From: Thermoanaerobaculia bacterium
Lineage (GTDB): Bacteria; Acidobacteriota; Thermoanaerobaculia; Multivoradales; Multivoraceae
Length of the DNA: 64,000 nt
Direction: 5' to 3'
Assembly: GCA_963664405.1 (NCBI GenBank)
Contig: OY761158.1
Span: 5,440,001 to 5,504,000 of the forward strand
This document shows, in pieces, positions 1-9,488 of the stretch. The stretch's first letter is position 1; each line of letters starts with the position of its first letter. The position numbers and the translations under genes were made by a program. The notes beneath the pieces are model-generated. The model did not search any database, was not told the origin of the DNA, and saw only the letters and a program-made list of their open reading frames with translations.

Positions 1-2
1 AC

Positions 3-218
3 GCGGCATTCGCCTACGTCAACGCGTTCACGGCCCACGTCAATGTGGGGTTTTTTCGTGGTGCCGAGCTTGCGGATCCGGCTCAGCTTCTGGAAGGCAC
101 CGGCAAGTACATGCGCCATGTGAAGCTCAGGCCCGAAGGTGACGTCGACGCTGCGGCTCTTATTGAGCTGATCGAAACTGCCTACACGGATATGAAGGGG
201 CGCCTCGAGGCGGAGTAG
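3..218 (+). CDS. DUF1801-like protein, 5'-truncated by window edge
   Basis: Manual frame-3 translation AFAYVNAFTAHVNVGFFRGAELADPAQLLEGTGKYMRHVKL; stop at 216-218. Confidence 0.75.
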   Translation, partial: AAFAYVNAFTAHVNVGFFRGAELADPAQLLEGTGKYMRHVKLRPEGDVDAAALIELIETAYTDMKGRLEAE

Positions 219-223
219 TTCGT

Positions 224-1120
224 CTAGCTGGCATGATCCGGGTGCTCTACGAGGGTCCACTTCACGCCGCAAATGAGCACAGAATCGAACTTCTTGTAAG
301 CGCCGGGGGCTGCCCACAGATCAACGCCTACAACGCCGGTCCTGTCCCCTGGCTCGACGAATCTCATCGTCTGTCCCGCTGACAACCTTAGCGTTGCGGG
401 TTCGGCAGGATCAATCGAGCACCCGGCACCGAGGCCATTCATCCACCTCTGACAGACCTCCTCCGGAGCACCGTCTCGGGGTGCGATCTCAACGGCCGCG
501 AAGCCGGACGTGACACCCCCGTGGGGCCGCGCGTCAACGCCGCTCTGCCACGTGTTTCCGGCTGGAAAGTACGTCCCTTTGTTCCTGGGGAATTCGCCGG
601 GGCCTGGCCAATTTTCTTGAATCTCGGCGAGGGTCCCAAAGTCCCTCGGGTGGAACTGAACGTTCACGCCGGAAACCGTGCCGGGGCTCTTGGGCAGAGC
701 CTCGCCTAACACGTAACGTCCGGACTCGACACCGGCCAAGCCCGAGCCAGGTGAGCCCGCACAAACGTTCCAATCCCCTGAAACGATCCCTCGCCCCGAC
801 CCCTGAACGGCCATCGACCGCGAAGCCACAGAGACGTCAGGGACCTGCACGATCGCCATGTATCCGCAGTCACCGTTGCGCTCCAGAAGCCGGGTTTGGG
901 TCGACGAACGCTCCCATGCAAGGTCCGTTGGGCAAACTGTCTCGAGAAACGAGTCGCCCAAGCGGATATGGGTGTTGGTGAGGTTTCCGCCAGCGGCCAT
1001 TCGAGGGTCCCGGAAGACTACCGGCGCGTCGAACGCTGCAGTCAGCACGCTGGACGTCCACTCCAGGTCCCGTGTTAGCAGACAGATCTGACGGAGGCGC
1101 AGTACGGGATCGGCCGTCAT
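224..1120 (-). CDS. Glyoxalase/VOC-like protein
   Basis: 298 aa; LRLRQICLLTRDLE, GDSFLE, GYMAIVQV, QFHPRD motifs. Confidence 0.6.
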   Translation of the reverse strand: MTADPVLRLRQICLLTRDLEWTSSVLTAAFDAPVVFRDPRMAAGGNLTNTHIRLGDSFLETVCPTDLAWERSSTQTRLLERNGDCGYMAIVQVPDVSVASRSMAVQGSGRGIVSGDWNVCAGSPGSGLAGVESGRYVLGEALPKSPGTVSGVNVQFHPRDFGTLAEIQENWPGPGEFPRNKGTYFPAGNTWQSGVDARPHGGVTSGFAAVEIAPRDGAPEEVCQRWMNGLGAGCSIDPAEPATLRLSAGQTMRFVEPGDRTGVVGVDLWAAPGAYKKFDSVLICGVKWTLVEHPDHAS

Positions 1121-1247
1121 TGATCGATATTACCTCTCAACAAGGCCTTGGGGGTAATTTGAAGACAGGCTAAACGATCGGCTCGCAGCCCCGACGCTGA
1201 AGCGCATCTCCCTCGGGCGACCAGGTGCCGCTTGGTAGACTCCGCCG

Positions 1248-1643
1248 ATGGCCAAAGACGATCTGCTGACCCATTTGCGCGGTCTGGAAATTGCGCTGCA
1301 TCGGCCAGAAGTTCGCTCGGCCATCGAGCAGCTAGGGTATTAGGGCATGGGAGAATTCGGAATACCGGGGCGCCGGTATTTTCGTAAGGACACTTCGTCG
1401 GGCATCAGGACGCACCAGATTCATACCTTTCAGGCAGGTAGCTCAGAAGTCGAGCGACACCTGGCGTTCCGCGATTACATGATTGCGCATCCAAAGGAGG
1501 CACGAAACTACACCGACCTGAAGCGCAAGCTGGCCGCGAAGCATCCGGACGACATCGAGGCCTACATGGACGGCAAAGATCCTTACATCAAGGAACATGA
1601 GGCCAAAGCCATGAAGTGGGCGTCAGCTCGAGGTGAGGAGTAG
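1248..1643 (+). pseudogene. GrpB (UPF0157)-family C-terminal part fused to an unrelated N-terminal stub, with internal stop
   Basis: MAKDDLLTHLRGLEIALHRPEVRSAIEQLGY*GMGEFGIPGRRYFRK...HLAFRDY...YMDGKD; TAG at 1341-1343. Confidence 0.6.
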
Positions 1644-1776
1644 TCTCAGATGGATTTGACCAAGATCAGGGAGCTCGCCTCGAGCTATACGCCACATCTT
1701 CCGTTGGACGCGACGCGCCACAGATACCGGTCCTGGTCGCCCCGTTCTGAAGCCGCAGCTGGAGGTAGTCCGAAGT

Positions 1777-2157
1777 GTGAGTGAACCGCAGTTCAAAGAA
1801 GCGCGCCCTTTCCAACGGGACGTCTTGGCGTTACCGGTCACCGATCTCGATGCCACCTCTCAGTGGTATTCAAAACACTTCAGTATGGTGGAGGTCGAGC
1901 GGTTTCGTCAGCCAGTTCCGACCGTCATCCTCGAGCGAGACGGCACACAGATCGGTTTCGCGATAAATGGAGGCGATGCGTCGCAGGATGGTGCGGCGAT
2001 ACTCGTTTCGAATATTCAAGCGATCAAAGACGAGCTCGAGTCAAACGGAGCGAAGATCGGAAATTGGCGGGTGGATGAGCGAGAGGGTCAATCGTTCCAG
2101 GTCTTTTTCGTCGTCGCGCCCGACGGGTTGTGCTATTACTTTCACGAACCCATCTAG
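1777..2157 (+). CDS. VOC/glyoxalase family protein
   Basis: LPVTDLDATSQWY and FFVVAPDGLCYYF motifs; 126 aa. Confidence 0.75.
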   Translation: MSEPQFKEARPFQRDVLALPVTDLDATSQWYSKHFSMVEVERFRQPVPTVILERDGTQIGFAINGGDASQDGAAILVSNIQAIKDELESNGAKIGNWRVDEREGQSFQVFFVVAPDGLCYYFHEPI

Positions 2158-2199
2158 TGCCATGTCGGAGACACAACACTAGAGACTCGGAGCGATGAT

Positions 2200-4080
2200 G
2201 TGAGCTCGAGACACGGCCTCTTCTCCCTCATCGGCGCCTTGATCGTTGCCGGTGCGGCCCAGGCGCAGGCCGGATCACCGTGTGCGGTCGCCCACGAGCT
2301 CCCGGTCGTCACCCACTGGAGCAATGAGGCTCAGTCGTTCCGGTATCTCGCCTCCGATCAGATCGACTACGCCCTGCCCTATCAGGCCGACAAGCCCTAC
2401 ACGCCCGGCGGGGTCTACCCGGTCTATAAGGTCGGGGGCGAGACGTATACGCCCGACTTCGATCACTACGTCGGGACCCATTACTCGACGACAGGGATCC
2501 CCGACGCCCGCGCCGCGCAGTGGGCTCAGAAAGTCTGTGCCGACACCGGCGTGGCCGTGAAGCTGCTGCGCCCCGATGCGCTCGAGGGCGGGCGCCTGAG
2601 CTCAAAGCCGGGATTCGTACAGGCCTTGGTCGGGCTGATCGTCAAAACCACCGCCGCCGACCCCGGCTCGCTGGCGGCCGTGTTCCTTCCGCCCAACTGG
2701 TCGGCCGGCGCCGCGCCGGGGACGTACCCGATCCTGGCCCAGGGCTACTACGACCTCAATGACAGCGTCTTTCGCACGACGGGCCTCGGGTTCGACATGG
2801 CGCGCCAGATCGGTCGCAGCGGGATCGATGGCCGCAGCGGCGCGATCGGCGTGTTGTGGAACGGCGGCGGTGCCAGGGCGACGTACACGGTCAACGAAAA
2901 GGCCTACCGCCAGTTTGGCAGTGTGGTGGACCTCATTGCCCAAGCGTTCGGCGGCGACCGTCATCGCGTGATGATGTTCGGCGGCTCTCGCGGCGGCGTC
3001 TCGGCGATCAATATGGCGTCGAACCCCTACGACCTCGATTACACGATTACATTCGCGTCGGCGAGCGCGGCGCCGGCGCTCCCCGGCTCGATTGCGCGGC
3101 TGTCGTCGACGGCCACCTACCCTCGTGGGATCGGCAACCTGACCGGTGTCGTCGGCTTTCACGACTCTTGGCGGATGGGTTGGCGTTACCCTGAGGTCCC
3201 GGGGCGCGCGCACCTCGAGGGACTCGACTTGGCGCAGTCGGCCGCTTTCGTTCTCACCGGCTCGACCGACCTTGGCTACGCCGACAAAAATCTGGGCCCG
3301 TTCGCTGATCGCAACGTCGAACGGCTCGAGCGGGCCGGGACTGAGTTGTATCTGGAGATCGGCACGCACGACCGGCTGCCCTACATTCTGCAGGTCGAAT
3401 ACGCCAAGAAGCTGATCGAGCGGGGTCTGCCGGTCCACGCGGATGTCGTGGTGCGGGGCGGGCATGGCGGGGGCCGCGTCAACGCCGAAGGGAGCCCGGT
3501 CAAGAACGACCGCATGTGGGAGGCCTTGCTCGAGTACATCGACCCGGCGCGCTCGGGAAGGCCGCGCGTCGAGCCGGGCTGGACGTTTTACCGTGTCGAT
3601 CGTCGCAACGATCAGCGCGAGCTCTTCGAGCCCGAGGGCCACCCGTTCACCTTGGAGGCGCCGTATCTGGCGGTGGCCGGCCAGCGCTTTCCGCTCATCT
3701 TCATCGGCGAGCCGGGGACGGAATACGAATTGCGCATTACGCCGCCCGTGGGCGTCGAGTGGCCGGTCGCACGCTTTCGGGGGGCGATTCCGAAGAACGA
3801 GCCGCACAAACTCAGCACCATCGAGTGGTTCGCGACCGCTTCGGGAATGCCGCCGGGCGACTACGGCTACCGGATGACGATTCGCAAGACCGGAGGCAAG
3901 TGGATTGCGATCCCCGAGACGAACACGCCTGCGGGCGAGGGCGAGCGGGCGATCCTGAGAATCATTGCCGAGGAGCCGAATCTGCCCGGCGCGGAATGGT
4001 CGAACAAGATCCTCGAAATGACTCCTCACTTGAACGACCGCGGCGGGAACCCGTATGCCTGGGGACTCTCGGAATACTAG
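2200..4080 (+). CDS. Secreted hypothetical protein with probable alpha/beta-hydrolase core
   Basis: Signal peptide ending AQAQA; GGSRGG elbow, GTHD and GGHG as candidate triad. Confidence 0.6.
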   Translation: MSSRHGLFSLIGALIVAGAAQAQAGSPCAVAHELPVVTHWSNEAQSFRYLASDQIDYALPYQADKPYTPGGVYPVYKVGGETYTPDFDHYVGTHYSTTGIPDARAAQWAQKVCADTGVAVKLLRPDALEGGRLSSKPGFVQALVGLIVKTTAADPGSLAAVFLPPNWSAGAAPGTYPILAQGYYDLNDSVFRTTGLGFDMARQIGRSGIDGRSGAIGVLWNGGGARATYTVNEKAYRQFGSVVDLIAQAFGGDRHRVMMFGGSRGGVSAINMASNPYDLDYTITFASASAAPALPGSIARLSSTATYPRGIGNLTGVVGFHDSWRMGWRYPEVPGRAHLEGLDLAQSAAFVLTGSTDLGYADKNLGPFADRNVERLERAGTELYLEIGTHDRLPYILQVEYAKKLIERGLPVHADVVVRGGHGGGRVNAEGSPVKNDRMWEALLEYIDPARSGRPRVEPGWTFYRVDRRNDQRELFEPEGHPFTLEAPYLAVAGQRFPLIFIGEPGTEYELRITPPVGVEWPVARFRGAIPKNEPHKLSTIEWFATASGMPPGDYGYRMTIRKTGGKWIAIPETNTPAGEGERAILRIIAEEPNLPGAEWSNKILEMTPHLNDRGGNPYAWGLSEY

Positions 4081-4133
4081 CCCGACCGCCCAGGGCACCC
4101 CACCTCACCGCGTGCTCGTCGCTCGGCTCCTCC

Positions 4134-4193
4134 GGCGTACAGGAGTACGCCTACGTCGCCTCGCTCCTGCGCTGCGGCGATCTGGGGCACCCT
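4134..4193. repeat. Partial 109-bp REP-like unit, left of IS21
   Basis: Identical to the 3' 60 bp of the units at 7584-8034; hairpin GGCGTAC-AGGA-GTACGCC. Confidence 0.9.
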
Positions 4194-4261
4194 TGTTGAT
4201 GGCTGCGAGAAAGCGCATCCCGTTGGCTGCGAGCGCAGTTTCCGGGATGGAGTGAGCTGAG

Positions 4262-4541
4262 GGCTTCGCGACCGCGGGAAAGCTAGGCCTTCTTCAGGAA
4301 GGGCGGCATCATCCCGCCGGAACGGCGGTCCGGGTGCGTGGTCCCGGCGGCGTGTTTGCGGTCGGAAGAGATGCGTGAGTCGGTGTAGGGCTTTGCAGTG
4401 CGGGCTCTGCTCTGATAGAGCAGGCCGACCAGAGACGGCGAGAGCCCGGGAAAGCGAAGTAGAAAACGCCCCGGGCTCTGCCCCAAACCGCAGCATTAGC
4501 TGCGCTTGCAGTATGGCAGAGAGTCGGGGTCGTCGTCGAAT
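4262..4541. repeat. ~280-bp non-coding segment of the IS21 leader, copy 1
   Basis: Near-identical to 13135-13414. Confidence 0.9.
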
Positions 4542-4552
4542 GGGAGGCGACG

Positions 4553-4948
4553 ATGCGACCGGACTACCGACTCTTCGACTGTGCTCGATGCCGTCGGCGT
4601 ATCTCGCTGTGCTCGCACTGTGACCGTGGCCAGCGTTACTGCCGGGCTTGTGCTCTGGTGGCTCGTCGGGAATCGACTCGGGCGGCCGGCCATCGGTACC
4701 AGCGAAGCCTCCGAGGTCGGCATTGTCATGCCGCCCGTCAGGCCCGCTACCGTCGGCGCCAGCGCGAGCGGGCAGAGAAAGTGACGCATCAGGGTACCCC
4801 AGGCGGTACTTCGGGGAGGACACTGTGTCGGATCGAGACTCCGAGGCGCGAAGTGCGCTACGACCCGAGGAATCCGCGATGCATGCAGTGTGGAGAGGCC
4901 TGCCGAGAGTTTGTGCGAACGAGCTTTCGTCGTTGCCGACGGAGATAG
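4553..4948 (+). CDS. Cys/Arg-rich putative zinc-binding protein upstream of istA
   Basis: CxxC motifs CARC, CSHC, CRAC, CMQC; very basic; abuts istA. Confidence 0.7.
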   Translation: MRPDYRLFDCARCRRRISLCSHCDRGQRYCRACALVARRESTRAAGHRYQRSLRGRHCHAARQARYRRRQRERAEKVTHQGTPGGTSGRTLCRIETPRREVRYDPRNPRCMQCGEACREFVRTSFRRCRRR

Positions 4949-4952
4949 GGGC

Positions 4953-6461
4953 GTGATCGACGCACAGCTGCGCGGGGAGATCCGTCGTCTGTTCCTGGTC
5001 GAGAAGTGGAAAGTCGGCACGATCGCTCGACAGCTACAGCTGCACCCCTCAACCGTGCGCCGGGCGCTGGAGAAGTCCGGCGTGCTACCCCAGCAGCGAC
5101 GAGGGAGGATGATCGATCCTTACCTGCCGTTCATCGAGCAGGTGCTCGGGACCTACCCACGACTGCCGGCGAGCCGTCTCTACACCATGGTGGTGGAGCG
5201 CGGCTATCCAGGAGGCCCGGATCAGTTTCGCCACCTGGTGGCCTCGATGCGACCGAAGCCCCAGCGCGAGGCGTTTCTCTCGCTGCGCATGCTGCCAGGA
5301 GAGCAGGCGCAGGTCGACTGGGGCCACTTCGGTCGGCTCCGCGTCGGCCGGGCACATCGTCGGCTCTATGCCTTCGTCTTCGTGCTGTCGTTCTCGCGCA
5401 CGGTCTTCGTGCACTTCACCCTCGACACTCGTCTCGAAACCTTCTTGCACGCTCACCAGCTGGCCTTCCACTACGTCGACGGCGTCGTCAGGACCGTTCT
5501 GTACGACAACCTGCGAACCGCGGTGATCGAGCGGCAGGGAACCGCGGTGCGCTTCCATCCCGTGCTGCTCGATTTCGCCAGCCACTACGGCTTCCTTCCC
5601 ACCGTCGCCGCGGTGGCTCGGGGAAATGAGAAAGGCCGCGTCGAGCGCGCAATCCGCTTCCTGCGAAGCTCGTTCTTCGGCGCCCGAACGGTGAGCGATT
5701 TGGATCGTCTGAATCGGCAGGTCCTGGAATGGTGCCAGAGGTCGCAGCGCAGACCCTGGCCGCAGGACCGACAGCGAACCGTGAAAAGCGCCCTGGCCCA
5801 GGAACGACCTCGACTGCTTGAGCTTCCCGGAGACGACTTCGAAACCGACCTGCGACTGGAGATCAAGGTCAGAAAGACGCCGATCGTGCGCTTCGACCTC
5901 AACGACTACTCGGTGCCGCACAGTCATGTGCAGAGGACCGTCACGCTCCTCGCCAGCGAGCATCGGGTGCGGATCCTCGATGGCCAGGAGCTCCTCGCCG
6001 AGCACCCTCGCTCGTACTCCCGGGGCGAGCAGATCCTCGATCCTCAACACCTCGAGGAGCTCCTCGCTCACAAACGCAGGGCCCGACGACACCGGGGCTT
6101 CCATCGGCTGTTTTCCGCTGTGCCTCGATGCGAAGAGCTGATGCAGCAGCTCGCCGAGCGAGGCGAGAACCTCGGAACGCAGACCGCCGGCCTGCTCCGA
6201 CTCCTGCGCCAGTACGGCCCCCAGCGACTCGACAAAGCCGTGCGCGAAGCGCTCCTGAACCACGCACCGCGATTCCAGTCCGTCCGGCTCCTACTCGAAC
6301 GGCACCAGCGCGGCCTCGGTCAGCCCCCGGCTTTACCGGTGCCGCTCAGCCAGGAGCTCCAACAGCGAGATCTCTCCGTGAGACCGCACAACCTCGAGGA
6401 CTACGACCAACTTGGAGGCAACGACGATGGCCCGACCCAGGAAGAGTCCAACGATCCCTGA
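4953..6461 (+). CDS. istA: IS21 transposase IstA
   Basis: N-terminal HTH, PGEQAQVDWG, LYDN, EKGRVERAI; GTG start inferred. Confidence 0.93.
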   Translation: MIDAQLRGEIRRLFLVEKWKVGTIARQLQLHPSTVRRALEKSGVLPQQRRGRMIDPYLPFIEQVLGTYPRLPASRLYTMVVERGYPGGPDQFRHLVASMRPKPQREAFLSLRMLPGEQAQVDWGHFGRLRVGRAHRRLYAFVFVLSFSRTVFVHFTLDTRLETFLHAHQLAFHYVDGVVRTVLYDNLRTAVIERQGTAVRFHPVLLDFASHYGFLPTVAAVARGNEKGRVERAIRFLRSSFFGARTVSDLDRLNRQVLEWCQRSQRRPWPQDRQRTVKSALAQERPRLLELPGDDFETDLRLEIKVRKTPIVRFDLNDYSVPHSHVQRTVTLLASEHRVRILDGQELLAEHPRSYSRGEQILDPQHLEELLAHKRRARRHRGFHRLFSAVPRCEELMQQLAERGENLGTQTAGLLRLLRQYGPQRLDKAVREALLNHAPRFQSVRLLLERHQRGLGQPPALPVPLSQELQQRDLSVRPHNLEDYDQLGGNDDGPTQEESNDP

Positions 6462-7221
6462 CGAACCACTACGAGAGCTCGCCCGATCCCTCGGCTTCTA
6501 CGCCCTCGTCGACGACTGGGGCACCTACCGAGAACAGCCCTGGCTCGAACAGCTGCTGCGCAAAGAAGAGGCCGAGCGCAAACGGCGCAGCCTCGAACGG
6601 CGCATCCGCACCAGCCGCGTCGGGCTCTTCAAGAGCATCGCCGACTTCGACTTCTCCTGGCCCCAGCGCATCGACCGCGAGCAGATCCAGGATCTGCTCA
6701 CCCTCCAATTCCTCGACGACATCACCAACGTCATCCTCCTCGGACCCAACGGTGTCGGCAAGACCATGATTGCCAAGAACCTCCTCTACCAGGCGCTGCA
6801 ACGAGGGGCCACCGCCAGCTTCGTCACCGCCTCCGACATGCTCAACGATCTCGCCGTCCAGGAAACCCCCTCGGCGCTCCAGAGAAGGCTCTCCAAATAC
6901 ACCCGACCCTCGCTTTTGGCAATCGATGAGCTCGGCTATCTCTCCTACGACCACCGCCACGCGGATCTCCTCTTCGAGGTCGTCTCCAGGAGATACGGCA
7001 ACAAGCCCATTCTTCTCACCACCAACAAGCCCTTCGCCGAATGGGCCGAGGTCTTTCCCAACGCCTCCTGCGTCGTCACTCTCGTCGATCGACTCACCCA
7101 CCACGCCGAGATCGTCAAGATCGAGGCTAACTCCTATCGCCGCAAGGAGGCCAAGGAGGCTGCTGAAAAAAAGGCCAAGGACCGCGCCAAAAGGCGGAGC
7201 GCAGCACGACGACGCTCATGA
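6427..7221 (+). CDS. istB: IS21 ATP-binding helper IstB
   Basis: Walker A GPNGVGKT, Walker B LLAIDELGY, LTTN, DRLTHH. Confidence 0.93.
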   Translation: MARPRKSPTIPDEPLRELARSLGFYALVDDWGTYREQPWLEQLLRKEEAERKRRSLERRIRTSRVGLFKSIADFDFSWPQRIDREQIQDLLTLQFLDDITNVILLGPNGVGKTMIAKNLLYQALQRGATASFVTASDMLNDLAVQETPSALQRRLSKYTRPSLLAIDELGYLSYDHRHADLLFEVVSRRYGNKPILLTTNKPFAEWAEVFPNASCVVTLVDRLTHHAEIVKIEANSYRRKEAKEAAEKKAKDRAKRRSAARRRS

Positions 7222-7574
7222 CCCGAAGCCACTATCGGCGCCAGCTCCTCCGCCTCTATCGACTCCTTCCCGACACCCCGCACCGCTTCCACCACGGCGA
7301 CCGCGTCATCGTCGACCAGCTCTTCGACCAAGACCTGCCTCTCACCGTCCTCCAGGCCGCCCTCCTCCTCGGCTCCGCCCGACGCGCATGCCGAGATCCG
7401 CGCCTACCAAAGCTCCAGCCCATCCGATCCCTCGCCTACTTTCTCCCCATCCTCCGAGAACTCCCCACGACGCCACCCCCCGAGGGGTACCTCGACTATC
7501 TGCGCCACACCCTGAGTCACGCCTCGCGGGGACAAAAAACCGACTCGCAGCCAACTAAGTGCGCTTTCTCGTAG
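7218..7574 (+). CDS. Hypothetical protein inside IS21, coupled to istB
   Basis: ATGA overlap with istB stop; ends within IRR. Confidence 0.6.
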   Translation: MTRSHYRRQLLRLYRLLPDTPHRFHHGDRVIVDQLFDQDLPLTVLQAALLLGSARRACRDPRLPKLQPIRSLAYFLPILRELPTTPPPEGYLDYLRHTLSHASRGQKTDSQPTKCAFS

Positions 7575-7583
7575 CCGGTAACA

Positions 7584-8034
7584 ACCCTGAACGGCCGGGC
7601 TCCCGTGGACCCGAGAGATTCCCTCTCCGGCCGGCTGGGCGTACAGGAGTACGCCTACGTCGCCTCGCTCCTGCGCTGCGGCGATCTGGGGCACCCTGAA
7701 CGGCCGGGCTCCCGTGGACCCGAGAGATTCCCTCTCCGGCCGGCTGGGCGTACAGGAGTACGCCTACGTCGCCTCGCTCCTGCGCTGCGGCGATCTGGGG
7801 CACCCTGAACGGCCGGGCTCCCGTGGACCCGAGAGATTCCCTCTCCGGCCGGCTGGGCGTACAGGAGTACGCCTACGTCGCCTCGCTCCTGCGCTGCGGC
7901 GATCTGGGGCACCCTGAACGGCCGGGCTCCCGTGGACCCGAGAGATTCCCTCTCCGGCCGGCTGGGCGTACAGGAGTACGCCTGCGTCGCCTTGCTCCTG
8001 CGCTAAGGCGATCTGGGGCACCCTGAACGGCCGG
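7584..8034. repeat. Tandem array of 109-bp palindromic (REP/BIME-like) units, 4 copies plus 15 bp
   Basis: Units start at 7584, 7693, 7802, 7911, 8020; 4th copy has a few substitutions. Confidence 0.95.
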
Positions 8035-8279
8035 CACGAGTCCGCGCCTAGAAAACTTGACTCAGACGTCACCAGTGCGAGCTATTAGAGGTTCTTAGTG
8101 GGCCGACCCGGCGAAATCGTTACGACAGATGTTGTAGGGGCGAGGTGGCTCGACCCCCGCGCCTAGCGCTTGGGATACCCGGCTGCTGTCTGTGGGGGGG
8201 CTAGGTGCCTACAGTTGCTGCCGGTTATCCTTGGGCCTTGAGGGTCCGATGAGATGTCGGTGAGGGCGGGAGGGTTGGA

Positions 8280-8822
8280 ATGAGCGCTTTCATTGCTCTA
8301 TTCAGAGGAATCAATGTCGGGGGCAAGAACAAGCTCCCGATGAAGAACCTCGCCTCTCTGATGGAAGGCATGGGCTTGAAGAACGTCAGCACTTACATCC
8401 AAAGCGGCAACGTGGTGTTCCAGGCTGCCGCCTCGAAGGAATCCGGCCTCGCCACAAAGATTCGAGGCTTGATCGAAGATCACTATGGCTTCAGTCCGGA
8501 AGTCGTCATTCTGGACCAAGGCGCAATTGATAAGGCGATCTCCGAGAACCCTTTTTCCGAGGCTGATGCTGAACCAAAGAGCGTGCATCTGACATTCTTG
8601 TCAGCGCTGCCCAGCAGCCCGGATGTCGAGGCCCTCGAGCGTATTCGCAAGCCCAGCGAACGCTTTGTGCTGAACGGAAAGGTATTTTTTCTCCACACGC
8701 CAGAGGGAATTGGAAGATCGAGGCTCGCGGCGCGTGTTGAAAAGTCTCTGGGCGTATCGTGTACGGCGCGCAATTGGCGGACCGTCCTGAAACTTCAGGA
8801 GATGATCCATGCATGTGCCTGA
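8280..8822 (+). CDS. DUF1697 family protein
   Basis: ALFRGINVGGKNKLPM, TYIQSGNVVF, TARNWRTV. Confidence 0.9.
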   Translation: MSAFIALFRGINVGGKNKLPMKNLASLMEGMGLKNVSTYIQSGNVVFQAAASKESGLATKIRGLIEDHYGFSPEVVILDQGAIDKAISENPFSEADAEPKSVHLTFLSALPSSPDVEALERIRKPSERFVLNGKVFFLHTPEGIGRSRLAARVEKSLGVSCTARNWRTVLKLQEMIHACA

Positions 8823-8932
8823 CAGCGCCTGACAGATCTCGTCGCTACGCGGCTCGCCTGCCGGTTAGCTGAGAAACTTCGGCGGAGCTCGTCTGTTCCA
8901 CCCTACATTTAGTCTCGGCGAGGGGAGAAGCC

Positions 8933-9379
8933 ATGCTTCATCACGTTTCGTTCTCGGTGACCGAGCTAGCTCGCTCGGCGGGTTTCTACGCCGCCGCCCT
9001 CGGCGCACTTGGATTTCGCCGTGTCTTTGAAGCTGACACTGCGATCGGATATGGCCTAGAGGACGGCAAGGACAAGTTTCTGCTCAACGTCTCGGATGGG
9101 CCGGCATGCCCACCCTCTCCAGGCTTTCATCTCGCATTCGCAGCGCAGAACCGCGATCAGGTGGATGCCTTCCACGCTGAAGGTGTGAGGCATGGCGGCG
9201 TGGACAACGGCGCTCCTGGGCTTCGTCCGCACTACGGTCCCCACTACTATGCCGCCTTCGTCTTCGATCCTGATGGTCACGCCATTGAAGCCGTGATCAA
9301 TACACCTCGTCCCACGCTGCCGGAGGCTCGGGCGGTTTTGTCCGATATCGGCGAGTTCTTCGACCGGAATAGCAGTTGA
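8933..9379 (+). CDS. VOC family protein
   Basis: HLAFAA, DNGAPGLRPHYGPHYYAAFVFDPDG. Confidence 0.9.
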   Translation: MLHHVSFSVTELARSAGFYAAALGALGFRRVFEADTAIGYGLEDGKDKFLLNVSDGPACPPSPGFHLAFAAQNRDQVDAFHAEGVRHGGVDNGAPGLRPHYGPHYYAAFVFDPDGHAIEAVINTPRPTLPEARAVLSDIGEFFDRNSS

Positions 9380-9488
9380 GGGCGAATATGGTGCCGGCAT
9401 ACGGCGGTGCGGAACCTAAGTTCGAACCGTCCGCATAGGGCCAAGAGTGGACGCGAGCGACTTGTCGGGAAGGTGAGAGAATCGCCGC

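Larger units (their letters stand above)
4194..7583 (+). mobile_element. Complete IS21-family insertion sequence with two accessory ORFs
   Basis: IRL TGTTGATGGCTGCGAGAAAGCGCA; IRR (revcomp) TGTTACCGGCTACGAGAAAGCGCA; TSD ACCCT at 4189-4193 and 7584-7588; istA/istB. Confidence 0.92.

Noticed and set aside
2602-4098. Long antisense ORFs (also 5085-6263, 43762-44790, 45361-46980)
   Set aside because: Shadow frames of real genes in high-GC DNA, with no recognisable motifs.
7584-8034. CRISPR array
   Set aside because: 109-bp units are repeated whole with no unique spacers, and there are no cas genes; the repeated short ORFs here are artefacts.
8815-8875. Possible attC after DUF1697 (GCCTGAC...GTTAGC)
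   Set aside because: Core complementarity and stem are too poor to call.
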